A stretch of DNA of 63,303 nucleotides, filler included, from Chiloscyllium plagiosum (lineage: Eukaryota), in the NCBI RefSeq assembly GCF_004010195.1. It is 6 parts of 2 records of this genome, joined end to end, with 100 filler letters (N's around TTAATTAATTAA, not from the genome) between each part and the next. Parts side by side here need not be neighbours in the genome. Positions count along the whole stretch, not along the records: positions 1 to 15,925 come from NC_057713.1; positions 16,026 to 26,609 come from NC_057713.1; 4 more parts are not named here. The stretch is one strand, 5' to 3'. Under the pieces are notes generated by a model. That model had not been told where the DNA came from and did not search any database. It was given only the letters and a program-made list of their open reading frames with translations. The number at the start of each line of letters is the position of its first letter. Positions within the stretch are counted from its first letter, which is position 1. A program made the translations under genes and the position numbers. Of this stretch, positions 12,780 through 24,425 are shown piece by piece.

Positions 12780-15700
12780 CTTTGTGAAGGGCACTGCTTG
12801 TCACTGGCCACTTGGGTGTTTTCCCTTTTGAGAGTTGGATCAATGTGAGTGTGTGGGCGCATGTGCAAGGACTCTCCACCTTGAAGGGGACTGTCCCTGG
12901 ACTTGCTGCCCCACATCCAGAGCTGAAGGAAGGAAGGAAGAAAGAAGAAGGAAGAAGAGGAGGAGGCCGAAGCTGAAGGAGGTGAGAGCTTTTGAGTCTG
13001 GGGCCTACTTTTGGAGATGCAGCCTGGGCCTCACCCAGGTCAAGGGAGTGTTGCTGCTGACCTGGGGCCCACTCCCACTGCTGATCTCTGGGACCCCGCC
13101 CGGACCTGCCTCAGCTGTTGCTGCTTGGGGCCTGCCTCACTGCTGCTGCCTAGGACTTGCCTTGGGGCCCCTCCCAGGACCTCCACCACTGCTGCTGTTA
13201 TTAGAGGCCCACCTCCACTGCTGCCTGGGACTCAGTTTTGGGGCTGCCTGGGACTTGCCTTGGGGACCATCCCCAACAGGTCTGTCCCCACCACTGCGAC
13301 CAAGGGCCTGCCTAGGACTTGCCAGAGGCCTGCCTCCACCAGCACTGCCTGGGACTCGCCTTGGGCCCCTCCACACAACCTCCACCACTGCTGCTGCCAG
13401 AGGCCCACCTCCACCGCTGCTGCCTGAAGCCTACTAACATTCAGCAGCAGAGTATGGCGAGCCCGAAGGTCGCGGGGCCCAGCCGCACCTACACTGGGGT
13501 AGCCGCTGCCTTAGGCTCGGCTGCTCCAACCCCGGCTGCAACCACGACCCCCTTCAGGCACCTGACTAAACGCCTGGGGGTAAAGGCCTATCCCCATCCC
13601 AATATGTCCATCGAGGCCTGCAGTAAGGCCCACTGGCCATCGTCGCTGCAGCCAGGATGTACGGGAAGGCTGTCTTTTTCCTGAAGACCGAGCAGGCGGT
13701 CCACCTGGCAGTGGAAAGGGGGCTCACTGTGGGCGGGACACATTTGCCCGTCAACCCTCTGGAGGTTACGGCCCAGAGGGTCGTGACCTCCAACTTCCCG
13801 CGAGCTCCTTCTCCCCCACCTCAACACCTTGGGGGAGATCCGGTCGGGTGTCTAACCGCTCCTGCTTGGTCTTAAGGACCCCGCGCTCCGACAAATATAC
13901 TCCTTCCGCGCAGGTGTTCATTTGCCTGGCCAGGGAGGAGGTCACTGAAGGCTCTTTCACCCTCCTCCACGAGGGCGCGGCCTACCGNNNNNNNNNNNNN
14001 NNNNNNNNNNNNNNNNNNNNNNNNNNNNNNNNNNNNNNNNNNNNNNNNNNNNNNNNNNNNNNNNNNNNNNNNNNNNNNNNNNNNNNNNNNNNNNNNNNNN
14101 NNNNNNNNNNNNNNNNNNNNNNNNNNNNNNNNNNNNNNNNNNNNNNNNNNNNNNNNNNNNNNNNNNNNNNNNNNNNNNNNNNNNNNNNNNNNNNNNNNNN
14201 NNNNNNNNNNNNNNNNNNNNNNNNNNNNNNNNNNNNNNNNNNNNNNNNNNNNNNNNNNNNNNNNNNNNNNNNNNNNNNNNNNNNNNNNNNNNNNNNNNNN
14301 NNNNNNNNNNNNNNNNNNNNNNNNNNNNNNNNNNNNNNNNNNNNNNNNNNNNNNNNNNNNNNNNNNNNNNNNNNNNNNNNNNNNNNNNNNNNNNNNNNNN
14401 NNNNNNNNNNNNNNNNNNNNNNNNNNNNNNNNNNNNNNNNNNNNNNNNNNNNNNNNNNNNNNNNNNNNNNNNNNNNNNNNNNNNNNNCGACGGGCTGGTC
14501 TGCCGAGGGTCTTCCTGTTTCTTGACCAGGAGAAGGCGTTTGACAGGGTCGATCATGAGTACCTGCTCGGGACTCTGCGGGCATTCGGGTTCGGGACGCA
14601 GTTCGTCGCCTGGATCCGACTTTTGTACGCCGCTGCAGAGTGTCTGGTTAAAGATAACGGGTCCCTTTGCTTCGGGAGAGGAGTGCATCAAGGCTGCCCC
14701 CTGTCTGGCCAGCTGTATTCCCTGTGTGTGGAGCCTTTCCTGCGCATCTTGTGGAGGAGGTTGTCGGGGTTGGTTCTGCACGGCGCGGGCTCGGGGGTGG
14801 TCCTCTCGGCCTACGCCGACAACGTGCTCCTCACTTTCACCGACCCGGCTGACCTGGGGAGGATGCGCGAGTGCCAGGCCGTGTACTCGGCGGCGTCTTC
14901 CGCCAGATCAAACTGGGCCAAATGTTCCGGACTACTGGTCGGCCCGTGGCGGGTGGACTCTCTGCCGGAGGAGTTACGGGGGTTCAGCTGGAGTACCACC
15001 CATCTCCTCTACCTGGGGGTCTACCTCGGCCCGGCTGAGGAATCCTGGCCAGCCAACTGGCAGGAGCTGGAGGCCAAAGTCTCGGCTCGCCTAGGCCGCT
15101 GGACAGGACTGCTGAGTGCTATCTTACAGGAGTCGAGTGCTGGTCATAAACCAGCTGGTGGCCGCCATGCTGTGGTACCGGCTGGTCACTTTGGTCCCAC
15201 CTCCTGGTTTTGTCGCTGACATCCAGAGAACGTTGGTCGATTTCTTCTGGGACAAAAAGATGCACTGGGTCGCCGCGCAGGCTCTGAGTCTCCCTATTGA
15301 GGAGGGCGGTCAGTCGCTGGTGTGCGCCCGCACCCAGGTCGCGACGCTCCGCCTTCAGACCTTGCGGCGATACCTTTACGTCGAGCCTCCTCCTAGATGG
15401 TGCGCCCTGGCGACGTATTTTTTCCGCCAGGTGCGTAACCACAACTACGACACGCAGCTCCTGTTCGTCGACCGTGACGGTTTGCAGGTCGCCCCCAAGA
15501 CGCTGCCTGTCTTTTACCAGGACCTGATCACTGTCTGGAACATGGTCGAATCGCGTCGCGCCTACCCTCCGGCTGGAGTAGCGGCTGTCGTCAGGGAGCC
15601 GTTGCTCAGGAATCCGCACCTCCGTACTCGCGGGTCCGAGTGGCTGTCGGAGGAGAGGGCCGCGGCGGCGAGGGTGACCAGGGTCGGGGACGTGCTGGGT

Positions 15701-15925
15701 GCCGGGGGCCTGGGCTGGACGCTGCCGCAGGACATAGCAGGCAGGGCGGCGGTAGACGTCCAGTACGTGGCCACCGCCATCCGACGCCTCAAAACGGCGG
15801 TGCTCGGACCCGACGTACCAGGATTCCCTTAGTAGCTGCGAGTGAACAGGGAAAAGCCCAGCGCCGAATCCCCGCTCACCTGACGGGCGAGGGAAATGTG
15901 GCGTATAGAAGCGCTTTCTCTGACG
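12780..15925 (+). mobile_element. Tx1-clade non-LTR retrotransposon: GC-rich 5' region, frameshifted ORF1 (from 13454) and ORF2 RT (14488-15832), with gaps
   Basis: ORF1 AARMYGKAVFFLKTEQAVHLAVERGLTVGG. ORF2 LDQEKAFDRVDH, GVHQGCPLSGQLY, SAYADNV, LSYRSRVLVINQL, LPIEEGGQ. Confidence 0.9.
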
Positions 15926-15969
15926 NNNNNNNNNNNNNNNNNNNNNNNNNNNNNNNNNNNNNNNNNNNN

Positions 15970-15981
15970 TTAATTAATTAA
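15970..15981. other. Artificial scaffolding linker TTAATTAATTAA inside an N-gap (also 26654-26665, 37933-37944, 58041-58052, 61664-61675)
   Basis: Identical 12-mer with stops in all six frames, centred in ~100-nt N-gaps five times. Confidence 0.95.
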
Positions 15982-16024
15982 NNNNNNNNNNNNNNNNNNN
16001 NNNNNNNNNNNNNNNNNNNNNNNN

Positions 16025-16330
16025 NTGGAAACAGGCCCTTCGGCCCAACAAGTCCACACCGACCCGCCAAGCGCAACCCACCCATACCCCTACATTTACC
16101 CCTATACCTAACACTACGGGCAATTTAGCATGGCCAATTCACCTGACCTGCACATCTTTGTGACTGTGGGAGGAAACCGGAGCACCCGGAGGAAACTCAC
16201 GCAGACACGGGGAGAACGTGCAAACTCCACACAGTCAGTCGCCTGAGTCGGGAATTGAACCCGGGTCTCTGGCGCTGCGAGGCAGCAGTGCTAACCACTG
16301 TGCCACCGTGCCGCCCACCGTGCCGCCCAC
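16025..16330 (-). mobile_element. HE1-type V-SINE
   Basis: Near-identical to 210-472. Confidence 0.92.
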
Positions 16331-16339
16331 ATGTTCAGC

Positions 16340-17415
16340 AATAAACTGTTCACTGACACTCATTTTGGGTTCAGCCAGGGCCAGTGACCTCATTATAGCC
16401 TTGGTTCAAACATGGATAAAAGAGCTGAATTGTGCCACCGTGCCGCCCACCGTGCCGCCCACATGTTCAGCAATAAACTGTTCACTGACACTCATTTTGG
16501 GTTCAGCCAGGGCCAGTGACCTCATTATAGCCTTGGTTCAAACATGGATAAAAGAGCTGAATTTCAGAGGTAAAGTGACAGTGACAGCCCATGTGGGCCA
16601 CATTCGATAGTGTGTGGCATCCAAGGAGCCGTAATAAAACTGAAATCAATGTGTATCAGGCAACCTCTCAGCTGGCTAGAGTAATACCTGGCACAAAGGA
16701 AGATGGTTGTGGTTGTTGTAGGTCAGTCATCTCAGCTCCAGGAATGTCTGCAGGAGTTCCTCAGGGTAATGTCTAGGTGCAACCATCTTCAGCTGCTTCA
16801 TCAATGAAACTGAACTAGACTTGCCACATAAATACAGTGATTACTGGAGCAGGTCAGAGGTTAGGCATACTGTACAACATAAGTGACCTTCTGACTCCCC
16901 AAAGTCTGTCCATCAGGCACAAGTCAAAAGTGTGATAGAATACTCCCCACTTATCTGGATGGTTGCAGCTCCAACAACACTCAAGCTTAACACCATTCAG
17001 AACAAAGCAGTCCACTTGATTAGTCCTACATCTACAAGGATCCACTCCATCCACTACCAAAGCTCAGTTGCAGCAGTGTGTGCTATCGACAAATTGCACT
17101 TCAGAAGTTCACCAAAAATCCTTAGACAGCACCTTCCAAACCCACAATCACTTCCATCTAAAAGGACAAGGATGGCAGAAATGTGTAAACACCACGATCT
17201 ACAAGTTTCCCTCCAAGCCACTCACCATCCTCACCATTCACTATCACAGTGTCAAAATCCTGGAATTCCCTAAGGGCACTCAAGGGACTCAATCTACTGT
17301 AGGTGAACTTCAGCAATTCAAGGAAGCAGCTCTCCATTACGTATTCAAGGGCAACTAGGCATGGACAATAAATGCTGGCCAGTAATGCCTACATGCCATG
17401 AGTGAATAAAAATAA
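16340..17415 (+). mobile_element. CR1/L2-group LINE RT and 3' end (decayed)
   Basis: FDSVWH, SAGVPQG, IFSCFIN and EYSPLIW motifs. 3' end AAGGGCAACTAGG...AATAAATGCTGGCC...GAATAAAAA. Confidence 0.75.
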
Positions 17416-20399
17416 AAGGTTGCACTGGACACCATCTTGGTGAAGATGTTAGCGTGCATACACAATGTACATGTATAAGAGATATGTAAAGGAAGCAGAT
17501 CATGTAGTTGAACAGCATTTCATAGTGATTTGATGCCAAAGCTATCACTTGAACTCAGAGCTCCACCTAAGACCTTCTCTTAATCACACATGGACAAACA
17601 CATTTTGCAATAAGGAGGAGTCCTCCTACGTGTGATGCTCTTACAGAAATCAGCATCAATTTAGACTGAAGAAGCATTTAGTGATTTCTCGAGTTCTTTA
17701 ACGTTTCAAAGGTCTACGGGGAGAGGATGTGACATTTAAGCTGCGAGAGAAGGGTTGAAGTATGGGTAAAACGTTGTAGCAAGAAAACTTTTAACAGGAA
17801 GCCAAATCGGACCAGGATATTTAGGGGGCAATTGTCTAACTGAAGCTCAGCAAAAAGCAGTGCAGCAGATATCGGTATTTTGGTATTGGCATCCTTATTA
17901 AAGCCTGTCAGCTGTAGTTGATGCAATGCAACTTCAGAAGAGGCTGAGGAGTGTATAGTCAATGGCTCACAGTTTGACCGAAGGATCTCCTGGGCCAATT
18001 ACATCTGTCTCTGCACCTTCTTGGCCAAGAGCTCTATGTATCATTGGAAAATCTTAGAACCAAGGTGTAAATCTTGTGTTCCTCCCAAGTCAGAATCAAT
18101 TCTAAAAATGATTTCCAGCACTGGATCCTGCCACAGTTCATGCCTACTTTATGAATTGGCTAACTTTACATAGTATAACTTATAACTGTTGGGAAATTCT
18201 CACAATTTTGTATCTCTTGCTGAGGCTTGCAGCCACACAACAGTACCATTAGCTCTGGCTGCACAGTGCAATCATGTTAATTAGCAGGCAGCGCAAGGTT
18301 AGTAGTTTGCCTGTATCAGAAGTATCTGGCACTATTTAGTCCTGTATATCAATATCCTAGCCAATTTTTGCAGCTACTGAACTTAACCTCACACATTTAT
18401 TTATTTATTGAATGGTTAATAGCAGATTTTAACTTAGTCCTATGCTCAGCGATTGCTCCATGTGGCAAATATGGTGCTCGAACTGGCTCACTGACAAGAG
18501 TTGTATCATACAATCCTGGAGATAAAATGTATAAGTTCAAAGAAGTAAAAGGAGAGCAAGGCATTAAACAGCAGGAGCTTTGTTACGGAGGTATTCACTC
18601 TACAGGCAAAAAGGTTAGATTAAATTGTTTCTTGTACAAAATGGCTGATGGTGTCATCATTATGTCATGTCAGTAGACTCATAAATTGTCAATCTACCAT
18701 ACTTACAGAAATATACAAATTCCTCCTCCTTTTGCATCAGAGGTTCCTACAATGAAACATTCTCAATATTTACAATCTCATGTTTGACAGTCTGTAGATA
18801 AGACATACTGGAGGACAGTGATGCTTGTGTGGCTGTCTGTGCACCTCAGGCATCTGTTTATTTTTTCATTGGCTTTAATTTTGCGTATTTCAGGTGTACT
18901 AGGAACAGCCTTTGTTGTCTTTTCCTGAAACAACTGAACGTTTGGACGTTCACACAACAGTACTATGGTACTGAAAACAACAAATGCTGGAGATTACAGC
19001 AGGTCAGACAGCATCCATGAGGAGAGAGCATCTCCCTCAGTTGTTTTAGTTACTGTTTTGTCCTTGGGTGTACCAGGTGTCTATTTGGCCAGTTGTTTGT
19101 AGATCTTCAACTAATGTTGTCTCTGTCACATTTGTTCTGGTTGCCAAGAGTTGATCGGGATGCCTTCTCCACACTACATCATCTCTTCATTTGTACGGTG
19201 TAGGAAACTGGTCCAGTCTTTGCTACAATGACAGTTGATACCCACTTCCCACTAGAGATGTAATTCTTTCCCAACATTTCTTGATGTTTTTGGAAAATAT
19301 GATGTTCTCTCATTGGAAAATCTTTTTTCTGTTGTTTACTGTCAACAATGTATTTTGATACAGATTCTTTCAGCAAATAAAATGTCACAGCTAAATGACA
19401 CTTCACCGTGAGCAACGCCAGAGAACTTTGTCAAGTGAGTTGCATTCCGCTATGTTAACAAAAATTGGTTTAGTCTTTTGGATAGTGATCCTTGTTATCA
19501 AATTACTGTAAAGTAATGTTTCATTGTCTGAACAAATCTTTCTGCCAAACCATTTGTGGCTGAATGATAAGGATCTGATCAGATATGATGAATTCCATTC
19601 TACTTTCAATTGTCTGTAAACTCCTGTGAAATAAACTGGGGACCATCATCATAACAGGGTGTTCTGGATAACCAAATCTGGCAACAATCTCCCCCAATCT
19701 TTCAATAGTTTTCTCTAAACATGTTAACTTCATGATGCTAACAGGTCAGGTCATTTAGTATGTGCGTCAACTACTATTCGGTCTCCAAAGGTCTAGTGTA
19801 TTCAATATGGATTCTCTGCCATGGTCTTTCTGCCCATTCCTATGGGTGCAATGGCGCTTACTGAGGTTGCAAACTCTTGCCCAAGCTACACTTATTCCTG
19901 CCTTCTCCTCTATTTCAGAGGCACAACATTAATTAAGGGGGTTGTTCCTGATTCTGTCATGAAGTACCATATCCATCATTTTTAATAGTAGTGGATCATT
20001 TCTAATGTACCTCACAACTTGTTTTGCTGTTACAGGAGTGTTCTCAACTGGTTCAAAGTTGAGTATTTCAACATGAGGGCTATTTGTTGTTGATTTATTT
20101 GGCAAAGATAATCCAGACAGCCCATTAGCATTCTCATATAAGTTTGATTGCCAATATTTAATTGTATAAGTGTGAGCTGATAGCAAGCCTGCCTCTGCAA
20201 ATAGATAACTACAGGAATAAGGTATCTGTGAAAGAGACCCAAATATTATGGTTAATGATCTGTAGTCAGCTAAAAGCATAAATTCCTAAACGCACAGGTA
20301 TTGGTGGAATTGTCTAATGCCAAAATGATTCCTCAAGCTTCTTTCTTTATCTGTGCATAGTTTATTTCTGCTTTGTTTAATGATCTTGACATAAAAGCA

Positions 20400-20688
20400 C
20401 CCGATGTGGCCTCCTATACATTGGGGAGACGGCCGCCTACTTGCGGAACGTTTCAGAGAACACCTCTGGGACACCCGCACCAACCAACCCAACCACCCTC
20501 ACCTTAACCTCCTTCCACCTATCGCATTCCCAACGCCCCTCCCCCAAGTCCCTTCTCCCTACCTTTTATCTTCGCCTGCTTGGCACACCCTCCTCATTCC
20601 TGCCGAAGGGCTTATGCCCGAAACGTCAATTCTCCTTCTCCTTGGATGCTGTCTGACCTGCTGCGCTTTTCCAGCAACACATTTTTAA
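20400..20688 (+). mobile_element. PLE 3' fragment (GIY-YIG remnant plus terminus; HHR core mutated to CTGCCGA)
   Basis: LYIGETAAY/LAERFREHL remnant; GGGCTTATGCCCGAAACGTC at ~20608-20627. Confidence 0.85.
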
Positions 20689-21530
20689 GCACAAAAGCTT
20701 TTAACTTGTCTTCACTATTTGGTAACGTGAGAAATGAAAAGGGGTCAGGACTTCTGACCTCTGCCTTGTGTAAAACATCTTTTATATTGAGCTGTCCATT
20801 TCCAATTCTTGGTTTGGCGTAAGGTAGGCAATAGCTTGAGAATGATTGCAAGATTAAGGACAAACCTACTATAGTAACCTAGTGAGCTCAAAAATGACAG
20901 CAGTTGATTTACATTTTTAAGTTCTGGTGAAGTTATGGCTTTTTTTTGTAAATATATTTATTAGCAAATTTTTTTTAACTTTACAAACATATAAAATTAT
21001 TGAAAAATACAATCAATAACAAATATCAGTAGAATAAAGAGAAAAAAACACAAATTACAATACAACCACTGTCTACAGAATGATTGCAAGATTAAGGACA
21101 AACCTACTATAGTAACCTAGTGAGCTCAAAAATGACAGCAGTTGATTTACATTTTTAAGTTCTGGTGAAGTTATGGCTTTTTTTTTGTAAATATATTTAT
21201 CAGCAAATTTTTTTTAACTTTACAAACATAAAATTATTGAAAAATACAATCAATAACAAATATCAGTAGAATAAAGAGAAAAAAACACAAATTACAATAC
21301 AACCATTGTCTACTAACCTACCCTATAACACAAAACAAACCCTAACATGTGCAAAGCAAGTAATAATTAATAGATGAAAGTAATAAGTAAATAATTAATA
21401 GATGAAAAAAAAAGAAAAGCAAAAGGAAACACAAAAAAAGAACAAAATGCAAAACAGCTATGCTCGGCACAAAGCTCCCAAACAAAAGAACAGACACTTT
21501 GTTCATATATGTATATATATATATATTTAT

Positions 21531-21725
21531 AAAGTTAAAAATCACACAACACCAGGTTATAGTCCAACAGGTTTAATTGGAAGCACACNNNNNNNNNNNN
21601 NNNNNNNNNNNNNNNNNNNCGCTCCGAAAGCTAGTGTGCTTCCAATTAAACCTGTTGGACTATAACCTGGTGTTGTGTGATTTTTAACTTTGTACACCTC
21701 AGTCCAACACCAGGATCTCCGAATC
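21531..21725. mobile_element. Palindromic PLE-terminus element (third family), centre in an N-gap
   Basis: Inverted arms AAAGTTAAAAATCACACAACACCAGGTTATAGTCCAACAGG... The HHR 3' half CGCTCCGAAAGCTAG follows the gap. Confidence 0.75.
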
Positions 21726-24241
21726 ATATATATTTATACACATATTAACTCAGGAGTCCCTGTCCAGAGCCCAGGGCTCAAGAAACCTAACCATCTTGGT
21801 CAAACAAACGCCCTAGTTAAGATAGCTGACAAATCCTTATCCAAATAACTAAAGTAGGGCTACCATAAGTTATAAAAATGGTCTGTTGTGTGGTGCACCA
21901 TGTTTGTTAAAAAATCCAAGGGAATGTGCTCCATCACTAATTTCCACCATCCCAGCAAGCCTGACAGGTTCTCAGACACCCAGTTCATCAGAATATTTTT
22001 CCGTACACAGTATGCGAGAATATTAAATAGATTTTTCCCATGTCTGTCTAAAGATGGTAAATTCGGTAGGCTTCAGAGGAGAGATAGCGGGTCTACTTTG
22101 ACTTCGGTCCTCAATACCTTCCCTATCTCTCCCGCAACAGCGCTTCAATAAACACGGAACCTGCGGCATGTCCAGAAGCAATGGGTAAGGATACCTACAC
22201 TTATTTTACTTTTGGGGCACACTGAAGATGCCCCTTTTTTAAACTTCGCCAGATAAGCCCTGTGCAGAACCTTTAACTGAGTAGCGATGTCTTATTACAG
22301 ATTGAAATCTTTCGAGCATTCTCCAATATATTCTCCTATGTTTCAGAAGAGATCTCCACTCCTAGGTCTTGCTCCTAGACCTCACACAACCGGTTAATAT
22401 CCTGCCACCCAGCAGGCGATAGAGGGCACCAACCGAAAGGGTGCTTGTGGAACGGAGCAACAGCCTCTCTGTATCGGGCTTATACGACTTAGTGAGAAGC
22501 GTGGTCTTCTTCTGGATGAAATCCCTAACCTGAAAAAAAAGGAAAAGATCTCTGCTGGGCAACCCGTATTTGCGGCTCAGTTGCTCAAAAGACATCATAA
22601 TCTCCCCTTTAAACAAGTCTCCCAACTGGAAACTCCTCTCACTGCCCATAGTTTGAACCATGAGTCCATCATCCTTGGTTAGAACCCTGGCATGCCAACT
22701 ATAGGTGTAAGTGGTGAAGTCTTGGATAAACAACCCTCACTCTGACGCATCACCCTCCATGCCCTGACTGTACTAATGACAATGGGGTTCCGGCAGTGGT
22801 CCATAACTGTCCTCATCTTATCCATGAACAACAGGTTAATAAGAGGGCACTTTGCCTGGGAGGCCTTGATATCCGACCATATTGAGTTCAGATCATTACC
22901 TACCCAATCGCAGACAAATGACAGCAGGGAGCTCAATTGATACCTCCTGATGTCTGAGAAATCAACTCCTCCCCATCTTTGAGGCAACTGCAATTTCGTA
23001 AGCTTGATGAGGGGCCGCCCAAAATGCCAGACAAAGGAAACAAACCATCCCATAAGTTTCTACAGCGTTGACCTGGGAAACATTATGGGGAGCATATGAA
23101 TGGGATAAAGCAAACGAGGAAGAACATTCATCTTAATGAGAGATCTTCAGCCTAACCATGAAATTGGAAGAGCCTCCCATCTCTGGAGATCCTGCCTAAT
23201 ATTGTCAAGCAAGTGAGCAAAGTTAGTCCGAAATAACTGAGCAAACTTGGGGGTAATAAAAATGCCTAGGTATCAGAACCCTGGCTGTGACCACTTAAAA
23301 GGGAACTTAGGGTCATCTACAACTTCTGGCACATTCTTGAGGTTCCCCAAAGGCATAGCCTTTGATTTTGCAAAGTTATCTTATATCCTGAAATGGCCCC
23401 AAATTAATTGATGCATTGTATCAAATGGGGTACGGAGAGCATCGGGTTCGCTAAAAACAGAAGGACATCATCCGCATACAGTGCAATCTTGTGTGCCCTC
23501 AATCCCACTTCCAGAGCAGTTATGTGGACATTCTGACGAATGCCCTCTGCCAGCGGCTGTCACTAATGTAAACAACAACGGTGAAAGGGGGCAGCCTTGA
23601 CGACTACCCCATCAATCCTAAAATTCCCAAACTTCATCCCATTGGTGATGACCGCAGCCAGAGGGTGGCGATATAAAACCTCCACCCACCCCAAACCATT
23701 CTAAGACATAAAATGGATACAGCCAGTTGAACCCGGTCAAATGCTTTCTCTGCATCTAAGGAAACCACCAACCCCTGAATTGATCATTGCTGACAAACGC
23801 GGACTATATTCAGCAACCTTCTAATATTATTGGAGGACCAACAGCCCTTTATAAAGCCTGTCTGGTCCGCTTTAACAATATGGGGCAACATCTTTTCCAA
23901 TCTCAGCGCCAGGATCTTAGACAGAATCTTGAAATCTGAATTTAATAGAGTGATGGGCCTGTATGAGGCACAATCCTCAGGAACCTTCTCCTTCTTAAGA
24001 ATTAAGGAAATATTAGCTTCTCTCAAAGATGGTGGCAAGCATTCATGCACATAGGAGTGATTGTACATCTCCAATATCGGCCCTAACAGAGTCCCTATAA
24101 ACTCCTTATAAAACTCACCTGGGAGACCATCAGGGTCAGGCCCTTTCCCACTCTGAAGTTGCCTAGCTGCCTCCTATATTTCCTGAACTGTCAAGGGGGG
24201 CATTAAGGAGAGAGACCTGGTCCAAGGTTACCCCTGGGAGG

Positions 24242-24425
24242 TTAAAAATGTGTTGATGGAAAAGCGCAGCAGGTCAGGCAGCATCCAAGGAGAAGGAGAA
24301 TCGACTTTTTGGGCATAAGCCCTTCTTCAGAAGCCCTCCTGAAGAAGGGCTCATGCCCGAAACGTCGATTCTCCTTCTCCTTGGATGCTGCCTGACCTGC
24401 TGCGCTTTTCCAGCAACACATTTTT
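24242..24425. mobile_element. Palindromic PLE-terminus element with two opposed HHR motifs
   Basis: TTAAAAATGTGTTG...CAACACATTTTT(AA). + strand HHR at 24339-24366 has an intact core; the - strand copy at 24303-24330 is mutated. Confidence 0.85.

Noticed and set aside
12835..13684. Overlapping Pro/Leu-rich ORFs up to 200 aa
   Set aside because: Products of GC-rich sub-repeats in the Tx1 5' region; only the part from 13454 resembles ORF1.
13848..14781. ORFs of 200-274 aa
   Set aside because: They run through a 500-nt N-gap.
17550..18350. Coding-like unique sequence (ORF 17714..17998), with similar cases at 36550-37480 and 62200-62700
   Set aside because: No recognisable domain or splice-consistent exon; probably very old TE debris. 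Needs BLASTx.
24242..24425. piggyBac-like MITE (TTAA ends and inverted repeats)
   Set aside because: The arms are the same sequence as the PLE terminus attached to GIY-YIG remnants at 20400-20688, so it is PLE-derived.
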